From a candidate division WOR-3 bacterium UBA1063 (lineage in GTDB: Bacteria > Hydrothermota > Hydrothermia > UBA1063), in contig DCDE01000035.1 in assembly GCA_002316275.1 (NCBI GenBank), forward strand, positions 1,661 to 65,660: a DNA stretch of 64,000 nucleotides. Reading direction: 5' to 3'. Below, one piece after another: positions 56,842-64,000 of this stretch (position 1 is its first letter; the number at the start of each line of letters is the position of its first letter). Both the position numbers and the translations under genes were made by a program. The notes under the pieces are model-generated. The model saw only the letters and a list, made by a program, of their open reading frames with translations, did no database searches and was not told the origin of the DNA.

Positions 56842-57576
56842 TTACTCAATACTCAACATTATGCCGTTAATATCTGGTAGTTCGGACTGTACTCTATAAG
56901 TATAGTGAAGCACGATCTTCTTGTACTTCAACCTAATGGAAATAAAAGGCACGAACTGCAAGCTATCAAAGTATTTCAAAAAACTAGCACCTGCAAGAAC
57001 ACCAGCATTTTTCAAATTATACATAAGGGCACCGGAGAATGTGTATTCATCTGAACTTACGAAATCCATCCTCAGGGTATGATATGGGCCAAACAATTCA
57101 CCGTAAAAGAGATATTGCTCCCCCGCTAAAGCACCTAATAGAAGGTTTTCAAACCTGTACAAAGGTCTATGTATCTCGATACCCGCCCAAGCGGATTTTT
57201 TCAAAAATTCGGGCGCCGATGCCCTCATTCCATTAATAGAAAATCTGCATTTAATTAGATCTAAATCAAAGCATAATGATATATTTCCTCTTAAAATCCC
57301 AAATTCAAAATCACCCTGAGGTTCCCCATAAATGTCTGTCCCTTGAATCTCTCCCGAATTAAGATAAGCAACATCGATGGCCAAAATACCTCTCTGAAAT
57401 AACATAGAATAACTATTGATTCCCGCAGGGAGAAACACAATTCCACTGGCAAATAATGGATTTGTATAATCTTTCAATGCAGGTTTTGAAAATCCAGTAA
57501 GTTCCAAAGGGAACATCGGGACTCTTTCATAAGGATACGAGAAAATCATCAAGAAAATAGATAATATATATCCCAA
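56842..57576 (-). CDS. hypothetical protein (possible outer-membrane protein)
   Basis: N-terminal hydrophobic segment. No recognisable motif. Abuts smpB with no gap. Confidence 0.3.
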   Translation of the reverse strand: MGYILSIFLMIFSYPYERVPMFPLELTGFSKPALKDYTNPLFASGIVFLPAGINSYSMLFQRGILAIDVAYLNSGEIQGTDIYGEPQGDFEFGILRGNISLCFDLDLIKCRFSINGMRASAPEFLKKSAWAGIEIHRPLYRFENLLLGALAGEQYLFYGELFGPYHTLRMDFVSSDEYTFSGALMYNLKNAGVLAGASFLKYFDSLQFVPFISIRLKYKKIVLHYTYRVQSELPDINGIMLSIE

Positions 57577-58944
57577 TTATTCCTCCTCGGTACTGAACCC
57601 AATAAAATTAAATCCATCACACCTCAAATACGGAAGTTGATAACTCGCAGGTAGGTCCATACCGTACGAATTTAGAAAGCCAACCTCTTCCACCTCTTTA
57701 GAGACACCGGTGATATTGTTAAATAAGTCTATAAAATTCACATGGAAACGGAGGCTGGGAAGTCTTACCCATTTTCTATTTCTTATCCGAAAGGTCCCAT
57801 CCCTTGTCATACCAGTAAGTGTAAAGGTTTTCGGATCAAGCACATTTACATAGTGAAATCTGCTGACGTATATTACATCGTGAGATTCTTGAATCAGCTC
57901 TTCTAATGATTTATCTCCGCCTGGCATTCCCAGATGCCCCGCGAAAGGGTATGAACTCATAGGCTCTAATGAATGACCTGTACTCTTCTTATTGAAAATT
58001 TTTGCAGTTCTCTTATCAAAAATAAACCTCTTAAATATACCATTTTCAAAGATCGTTAGTTTCCTCTTAGGAATGCCTTCAAAATCAAAGGGCATACTGA
58101 AATGAGGGTCTCTTAAAGGTTTATCTATCAATGTAAATTCACTTCCAAAGACCCTTCTACCTTCCATACCAGCCAAGAAAGAGCTCCCCTGCTCAAGAGC
58201 CCCAGCAGAAAAACCTACGAATTGCATAAGATCAAGCACTTCTTTAACAGCATAAGGAGAGAGAATGACGGTATACCTACCAGGCTTAAAGTGAACTCCA
58301 GCATACCTCATTTTAAGAAACCCTCTCAACTTCGTAAAAATGTCATCATACTTTACGGAGTCCAGAGAGGGACCAGAATACTGTACCCAAAAGGTGTCTT
58401 TATCGACTACATCCTCTGGAAGAAGAGCAAGGTGAAGAGTACTGAAAGATAACCCCGCATTAAGATCCAGATTATTGTATATACCAACAAAGTTCAGGCT
58501 TGACCTCATTATTCCGTAAAACGTGAAATCTCCAGAAAATTCACGAAAAATCTTCCCCAAAAACCTGGTTTTCTCCTCAGGACCCAACCTAGCGACTGCT
58601 GGGTCTACTTGCTCAAAGAACAAATTTTTTTTTGCTTCAGGTATTGGTAAATAGGGATCTTCTTCTGAATTTAAGGCAAGCTCTTCTGCTCTTTTCACCA
58701 AAGCGATCAACCCTTCTTTTGTAGCATCAGTAGTCAAACTTAGGCCACACTTATCACCAAATCTAACCCTTACAGAAATCTGCAACCTATTTACATTGGT
58801 ATACTGGTGAATAGTGCTCTCAGTAAATCTGGCATTATCCTCGAGGGTATGTAAGATTGCAACCTCGATAAATCCTCCGGAAGACGCATTAAGCACTTCT
58901 CTTGCTATATCAAAATATTTTTCAGAATCTATATATCTTGCCAT
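57577..58944 (-). CDS. TldD/PmbA-family metallopeptidase
   Basis: 455 aa. Family-typical N-terminal GGFIEVAILHTLEDNARFTES region and C-terminal Gly-rich region. Single copy, no paired partner. Confidence 0.5.
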   Translation of the reverse strand: MARYIDSEKYFDIAREVLNASSGGFIEVAILHTLEDNARFTESTIHQYTNVNRLQISVRVRFGDKCGLSLTTDATKEGLIALVKRAEELALNSEEDPYLPIPEAKKNLFFEQVDPAVARLGPEEKTRFLGKIFREFSGDFTFYGIMRSSLNFVGIYNNLDLNAGLSFSTLHLALLPEDVVDKDTFWVQYSGPSLDSVKYDDIFTKLRGFLKMRYAGVHFKPGRYTVILSPYAVKEVLDLMQFVGFSAGALEQGSSFLAGMEGRRVFGSEFTLIDKPLRDPHFSMPFDFEGIPKRKLTIFENGIFKRFIFDKRTAKIFNKKSTGHSLEPMSSYPFAGHLGMPGGDKSLEELIQESHDVIYVSRFHYVNVLDPKTFTLTGMTRDGTFRIRNRKWVRLPSLRFHVNFIDLFNNITGVSKEVEEVGFLNSYGMDLPASYQLPYLRCDGFNFIGFSTEEE

Positions 58945-60199
58945 CCTTTACAGTCCACTCGACTTTTCCTCTCATGCTGCTGTTATAAAGAGGAGTATTA
59001 AAAGCCCTGGATTTTATGAACTCCCTGTTTATTGTTATTTCCGCTTCGGGGTTGAAAGCAAAGAATGACGCCTTGTAACCCTTTTCAATAGCCCCTAACC
59101 CTTCTAATTTAAGAAGTTCGGCTGGTCTTGTACTCATAACTTTCGTAAGTCTCACAAGATCCATTCCCCCAGAAACCACAAGCTCATTGTATAATACCAC
59201 AAATGCTAAGTCAAGCCATATCATACCAAAGGGAGCTGAATTAAACTCATCCATCTTCTCAAAATCAGCATGAGGCGCATGGTCTGTAGCAATTATGTCA
59301 ATTACACCATCCTTCAGGGCTTCAAGAAGTGCATGCCTATCATCCCTTGTTCTAAGCGGAGGATTAACCTTATAGACCGGGTCATAATTACTAAGACTCT
59401 CTTCGTCAAAGATTAGGTGATGGGGTGTAACTTCTGCAGTAACGTTAAGCCCAGAGGCCTTTGCAAGCTTAATTAACTCTATATTGCCCTTTGAACTGAC
59501 GTGGGCGATGTGAAGCCTGCCTTTTGTTAGCCGTGCGAGTTCAATATCTCGAAAAATTGCTATAGTTTCTGCTTCTTCCGGCATGCCTCTGAGGCCAAGC
59601 TTTATGGTAAATGGACTTTCATTTGCCACTCCTCGAACGGTTAAGGTTCTATCCTCTGGATGTGATATTATTATACCCCCAAAGAACTTAGAATATTCTA
59701 AAGCCCTTCTCATTACACCACTCGACTGTACCCAACTCCCGTCATCAGAAAACGCAATAGCACCACCCTCCGCCATATCGGCAAGTTCAGCAAGTTCCTC
59801 CCCCTGCCTCCTCTTAGTGATAGTTCCACAGGGAAATACATCAGCATTACCTTCCTCTTTTGAACGCCTTAAAATGTATTCAACAACACTTCGGTTGTCA
59901 CAGGGAGGATTTGTATTTGGCATAGACACCAATGCCACGTATCCACCATGGATAGCTGCCATTGTGCCAGTTCTAATATCTTCCTTATACTCATCCCCAG
60001 GTTCCCTAAGGTGAGCATGCATATCGACAAGGCCAGGAATAAGAAAGTTACCATTACAATCGATAATTTCAACATCCTTAAGATCAATAGAGGGCAAGGC
60101 ATCAAGGATAACGCCATCTTCAATTAAAACATCACTTTTAACAATTTTTTCATTAGAAGTATCAACGACTTTGCAATTTTTAAAAAGTATCTTACTCAT
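58922..60199 (-). CDS. pyrC: dihydroorotase (amidohydrolase superfamily)
   Basis: VDMHAHLREPG metal-binding HxH. DHAPH motif. Adjacent to pyrB. Confidence 0.75.
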   Translation of the reverse strand: MSKILFKNCKVVDTSNEKIVKSDVLIEDGVILDALPSIDLKDVEIIDCNGNFLIPGLVDMHAHLREPGDEYKEDIRTGTMAAIHGGYVALVSMPNTNPPCDNRSVVEYILRRSKEEGNADVFPCGTITKRRQGEELAELADMAEGGAIAFSDDGSWVQSSGVMRRALEYSKFFGGIIISHPEDRTLTVRGVANESPFTIKLGLRGMPEEAETIAIFRDIELARLTKGRLHIAHVSSKGNIELIKLAKASGLNVTAEVTPHHLIFDEESLSNYDPVYKVNPPLRTRDDRHALLEALKDGVIDIIATDHAPHADFEKMDEFNSAPFGMIWLDLAFVVLYNELVVSGGMDLVRLTKVMSTRPAELLKLEGLGAIEKGYKASFFAFNPEAEITINREFIKSRAFNTPLYNSSMRGKVEWTVKDGKIYRF

Positions 60200-61134
60200 G
60201 ACTCTTTTTCTCCCTTAATGAACAGGTAGAGGACAGCCATTCTAACTGCCACGCCGTTGGTGACCTGGTTCAAAATTAAAGATTCTCTTTCCTGAAGAAG
60301 ATCAAAATCCAGCTCAACGCCCCAGTTCACGGGTCCAGGGTGCATGATAACTGCATTCTCCTTAGCTTTCCTAAGTCTCTCTATTGTAATACCAAAAAAT
60401 TTACGGTATTCCCTGATCGAAGGGAAATAAGCTTCTTCAAGTCTCTCCTTTTGAATCCTAAGTGCCATAATCACGTCTTTGTCTTTTACAGCTTCATCAA
60501 CATCGTAAGAAATATCTGCACCTAAATCCTGAAAATATTCAGGTAAGAGGGTAGGTGGACCAGAAAGAGTAACCTTTGCACCAAGTTTCTTAAGCCCAAA
60601 TATATTAGACCTTGCAACCCTAGAGTGAAGTATATCACCAACAATTAGCACATCTAAGCCTTCAATGCTTCCGAATCTATCTTGCATAGTTAAGATATCA
60701 AGCAAGGCCTGGGTCGGATGTTCGTGAGTCCCATCACCCGCATTTATCACTGCAGCCTTTGTATACCTTGCTAAAAAGTGAGGTGCCCCTGATGCCCAAT
60801 GTCTTATGACGAACGCATCGGCTTTCATCGCATCTATGTTTAGAAGGGTGTCAAGAAGAGATTCCCCCTTTTGAACGGCAGATCCCCTTGTAGATACACT
60901 AACAGTGTCTGCAGAAAGTCTCTTAGCTGCAAGATCAAAGGAAGACTGGGTTCTCGTTGATGGCTCAAAAAACATATTTACAACCGTTTTTCCTCTCAGC
61001 GTTGGTACCTTTTTTATTGGCCTATAAAGGATCTCCCTCAATGATCTTGCAGTATCAAGAATTAATTCGATCTCTTCCCTATCAAGCTCATTGAGACCCA
61101 GCAGATCCTTTTTCGTTAATGACTGACTATCCAT
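60196..61134 (-). CDS. pyrB: aspartate carbamoyltransferase catalytic subunit
   Basis: STRTQSSF carbamoyl-phosphate motif. HPTQALLD. 312 aa. Confidence 0.85.
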   Translation of the reverse strand: MDSQSLTKKDLLGLNELDREEIELILDTARSLREILYRPIKKVPTLRGKTVVNMFFEPSTRTQSSFDLAAKRLSADTVSVSTRGSAVQKGESLLDTLLNIDAMKADAFVIRHWASGAPHFLARYTKAAVINAGDGTHEHPTQALLDILTMQDRFGSIEGLDVLIVGDILHSRVARSNIFGLKKLGAKVTLSGPPTLLPEYFQDLGADISYDVDEAVKDKDVIMALRIQKERLEEAYFPSIREYRKFFGITIERLRKAKENAVIMHPGPVNWGVELDFDLLQERESLILNQVTNGVAVRMAVLYLFIKGEKES

Positions 61135-61144
61135 TTATAGATCC

Positions 61145-62482
61145 TCAAAAGTAATCCACATACTCCTGTGGATGTGGAAGCAGATTAACCTTCTCGTACT
61201 CCTTATTCTTAGCCTCGATCCATTTATCGATCAATTCACGAGTAAATACATTCTCTTTGGTGAGGAAATGGTAGTCCTTAGTCAAGGCATCGAGTGCCTC
61301 TTTCAAATTAGCCGGAAGCAGTTGAACCTTCCCCTCTCTTACACATTCTACATCCACCTTACCTTCGAACGGGTCGCCAGGATCAATCTTATTCTCTACT
61401 CCATCCATGCCCGCCATAATTATTGCCGCAAGACCAAGATAGGTATTCATAGTTGCATCAGGAGGCCTATATTCAATATCAACATCTTTACCCTTAGCAT
61501 AACCAGGAATTCTCACTGCGGCAGTTCTATTAGCCAGAGCGTATGTGATGGCAACAGGGGCTTCGAATCCTGAATATAACCTCTTATAAGAATTGGTAGA
61601 TGCATTTACAAAGGCACTTAGTGCTCGAGCATGCCTTAAGATACCTCCAATAAAATAAATTGCAGTTTTACTAAGACCAAGGTTTTTTTCATCTCCATAA
61701 AAAATCGATTCACCATTCTTAGAAAGATAGATGTGGAAATGGAAGCCATTTCCCGGCTCGTTGAAAAGGGGCTTGGGCATAAAAGTAGCAACTAAGCCTT
61801 CATCCTCAGCAACTCTCCTTATTACATATTTTGAGGTTTCAACGGCATCAGCCATACTAAGAGCTTCTCCGAAAGCGAGTTCGATCTCATTCTGACCATA
61901 CCCGCCAACCTCATGATGGTGGTATTTTACCTTTACCCCGGATTTGCTTAGATATTTGAGTATCTGTGTCCTTGTATCAAAAAAGGCATCATAAGGTTCC
62001 GCAATGTGATAACTTGAATTCATCCTTTTATCCTCAATGAAACTTATTGCGTACCCCGTCTCATCAAATTCCACATCTTCAAACAGGTAGAACTCTAACT
62101 CAGGTAATATTCTAACCTCTTCTGCAAGCCCCGATGTTCTGACCAATTTAATCGCATCTTTAAGCACATTCCTAGGGTAAGCGGGGTAGAGATCCATGGT
62201 ATCAGAAAAATACAGATCTGCATAAACCGCGAGGACCCCATCCCTTGTAGGGTCAATAAAGGCACTTGTAAGATCCGGAAACAACCTTAAGTCTGAATTT
62301 TGAACCTCTGTGTATCCAGTGCTGGAGCCATCGATGCCAATCCCTTTGTCAATTGCCCTTAGGAAGAAACTGCCGTCTATGCTCACATGCCGAAGTCTAC
62401 CAAGTAGACAAGAGAAACGAAGGTCCACCACCTTTATTTCTCCACCCTCCACCAACTTTTGTATTTCACGGAGTTCCATCAT
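61145..62482 (-). CDS. glnA: glutamine synthetase (GSI-alpha-like length)
   Basis: GS catalytic-domain motifs (GNGFHFHIYL, NSYKRL, YRPPDATMN). Start trimmed to internal Met (MMELREIQ...) to avoid a 20-nt overlap with the murI 3' end. Confidence 0.75.
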   Translation of the reverse strand: MMELREIQKLVEGGEIKVVDLRFSCLLGRLRHVSIDGSFFLRAIDKGIGIDGSSTGYTEVQNSDLRLFPDLTSAFIDPTRDGVLAVYADLYFSDTMDLYPAYPRNVLKDAIKLVRTSGLAEEVRILPELEFYLFEDVEFDETGYAISFIEDKRMNSSYHIAEPYDAFFDTRTQILKYLSKSGVKVKYHHHEVGGYGQNEIELAFGEALSMADAVETSKYVIRRVAEDEGLVATFMPKPLFNEPGNGFHFHIYLSKNGESIFYGDEKNLGLSKTAIYFIGGILRHARALSAFVNASTNSYKRLYSGFEAPVAITYALANRTAAVRIPGYAKGKDVDIEYRPPDATMNTYLGLAAIIMAGMDGVENKIDPGDPFEGKVDVECVREGKVQLLPANLKEALDALTKDYHFLTKENVFTRELIDKWIEAKNKEYEKVNLLPHPQEYVDYF

Positions 62483-62489
62483 ACCTCCT

Positions 62490-63296
62490 TTAATGATTCT
62501 CAAGATCAACTTTTTTTAAATTATTAACCCTGTCTCCCAAAAACCTTTCAATTAGCTCCAAGTAATGGGGAGGAATATCGGTTAAATAAATGTCGAGATT
62601 GCCTCCCCCCGAATTTAAAAGCCCACCTTTTAACAAAAAATCACGGACTTCTTTCGCCACTTCCTCTGCAGGGTCCACCAAAGAGATCTCGCTACCAAGC
62701 ACATCTCTTATTACATCCTTTAAAATCGGATAATGAGTACAGCCGAGAATTACGGTGTCGACTTTCTCCCTGAGATGAGCAAGATAAAGCTCAGCTACAT
62801 CTTTAGCAATTGAGCCCGAATTTATCCCTTCTTCTGCAAGGGGAACAAAGAGCGGACACGCTTTTTCAATCACTTCAAAATCTTCTGGGAACAGCCTCTT
62901 ATGGGCACCGCTGTTAATGGTCGCCACCGTTCCAATCACGCCGACTTTTCTGCTTCTTGACTTGTTTATTGCAACCTTTACGCCCGGTTCCACTACACCA
63001 AAGATGGGAATTCCTAAATTCCGATCTTTAAGGAATTCCAATGCAACGCTGGAAACAGTGTTACAAGCGACCACTATAACTTTGACCTGGAATTTTATTA
63101 AAAACTCAGTATCCTGAATGGCAAATTTCTTAATGGTATCCTCCGATTTATTTCCGTATGGAACCCGTGCAGTATCACCAAGGTAAATTATGTCCTCCTG
63201 TGGCAAACACCTTCTAAGCTCTCCAACTACTGTTAATCCACCAATTCCAGAATCAAACACTCCAATAGGTCTTCTATTAACTTCTCTCATATGCAA
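62490..63296 (-). CDS. murI: glutamate racemase
   Basis: IGVFDSGIGGLTV and VVACNT...GCTHYP motifs. Confidence 0.85.
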   Translation of the reverse strand: MHMREVNRRPIGVFDSGIGGLTVVGELRRCLPQEDIIYLGDTARVPYGNKSEDTIKKFAIQDTEFLIKFQVKVIVVACNTVSSVALEFLKDRNLGIPIFGVVEPGVKVAINKSRSRKVGVIGTVATINSGAHKRLFPEDFEVIEKACPLFVPLAEEGINSGSIAKDVAELYLAHLREKVDTVILGCTHYPILKDVIRDVLGSEISLVDPAEEVAKEVRDFLLKGGLLNSGGGNLDIYLTDIPPHYLELIERFLGDRVNNLKKVDLENH

Positions 63297-64000
63297 CTTT
63301 AAATTTAATTATCGCATCGACTATTGCATCAGCAAGCTTTTCCTGATACCTCGTGTCCTTTAGTTTCTTTGCTTCATCTTTATTTGTAAGGAATCCAAGC
63401 TCCACCAGCACCGAAGGGGCATAAACACCTTGAAGAACATAAAACCCTGCCTGTTTTACACCTCGGTCAAGACTACTGATTGAATTTACCAACGATTCTT
63501 GAACAAAATAGGCAAGGTCCTGGGACTCCTTTAAAAACTCGTACTGAGCCATGTCACCTATAATCATCGACAGTATATCGCCCTTGTCAGTGTTCTTATC
63601 GACTTCGTACTTAACTACCGAGTTTTCAAAGGCAGCTACGGAGCGCTCCCACTCTGTTCTCGCTTCTGAAAGGAAGAAGGTTTCCACACCTCTTGCCTTA
63701 CTACCGGGAGCATAGTTGCAGTGAATGGAAACATAAAGGTCTGCCTTATTTTTTTGGGCTATCCGAGCTCTCTCACCGAGAGACACGAAGTAATCCCCAC
63801 TTCTTGTGAGAACTACCTTTATTCCCATCCTTTCCAATTTCTTTTTAATAAGCTTTGAAACCTGGAGCACCACATCTTTTTCCCTAATACCATTTGCAAC
63901 AGCTCCGGGGTCGTGGCCACCGTGCCCAGGGTCTATCACAACAACCTTAATGTTTCTCTCATAGCCCTTCTTTGGTGCCTCAATAATCGGGGGTACTTCT
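63277..64000 (-). CDS. N-acetylmuramoyl-L-alanine amidase (Amidase_3), 5'-truncated by window edge
   Basis: Track ORF begins at an internal GTG. The frame stays open to the window end (...EVPPIIEAPKKGYERNIKVVVIDPGHGGHDPGAV...), giving the canonical VVIDPGHGG Zn-binding start of Amidase_3. Confidence 0.75.
   Translation of the reverse strand, partial: EVPPIIEAPKKGYERNIKVVVIDPGHGGHDPGAVANGIREKDVVLQVSKLIKKKLERMGIKVVLTRSGDYFVSLGERARIAQKNKADLYVSIHCNYAPGSKARGVETFFLSEARTEWERSVAAFENSVVKYEVDKNTDKGDILSMIIGDMAQYEFLKESQDLAYFVQESLVNSISSLDRGVKQAGFYVLQGVYAPSVLVELGFLTNKDEAKKLKDTRYQEKLADAIVDAIIKFKVAYERS

Overview
This 64-kb window is a moderately AT-rich bacterial chromosomal region that is densely coded, with many 4-nt ATGA/TGA start-stop overlaps. 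I saw no transposases, integrases or CRISPR arrays. At least seven genes encode type IX secretion (T9SS) cargo with C-terminal sorting domains (CTDs), and an orphan PorX-like REC-PglZ regulator is present. This points to an FCB-superphylum-type organism, probably uncultivated, whose exact phylum cannot be set from sequence alone.

Ordinary housekeeping blocks:
- Left block: a partial gene start and a GT2 glycosyltransferase (123..1136).
- Plus-strand block: a small ferredoxin, obg, a short Mfd, SurA/PpiC chaperones, an S4-domain protein and a TPR lipoprotein (16016..24318).
- Central block: gmk and glmS on the minus strand, then tRNA-Leu(CAA) and tRNA-Ser(GGA), then rplM-rpsI-rpsB-tsf-pyrH-frr-uppS-cdsA with a MazG-like gene and an EamA transporter, then tRNA-Val(CAC) (29682..38775).
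- Short modules: a dtd gene co-transcribed with a lamin-tail-domain T9SS protein, a copZ-copA copper efflux pair, and a TudS-like DUF523/DUF1722 gene (40288..46258).
- Right block: a ten-gene minus-strand array with an M16 peptidase pair, smpB, a hypothetical protein, TldD/PmbA, pyrC, pyrB, glnA, murI and an Amidase_3 gene truncated by the window edge (53825..64000).

Candidates for an undescribed system:
1. A translationally coupled four-gene operon, vWA / FHA / PP2C / Ser-Thr kinase-WD40 (24336..29685). The FHA, PP2C and kinase proteins each start with a double zinc ribbon. The domain set matches the T6SS threonine-phosphorylation pathway, but no secretion-system genes are nearby.
2. A roughly 15-kb co-directional array on the minus strand (1133..15889). 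It opens with the poly-gamma-glutamate synthetase genes pgsB-pgsC. These are followed not by a recognisable CapA/PgsA but by three uncharacterised genes: a membrane protein, a secreted protein and a Tyr-rich beta-barrel-like protein. After these come an LVIVD-repeat lipoprotein, two giant C25-like (gingipain family) proteins, a BNR-repeat protein and an M14 carboxypeptidase, the last four with CTDs.
3. A 1145-aa protein that fuses GGDEF, a STAND-type ATPase and TPR repeats (49341..52778).

All product calls rest on motif-level reading of the supplied translations. No database searches were run.
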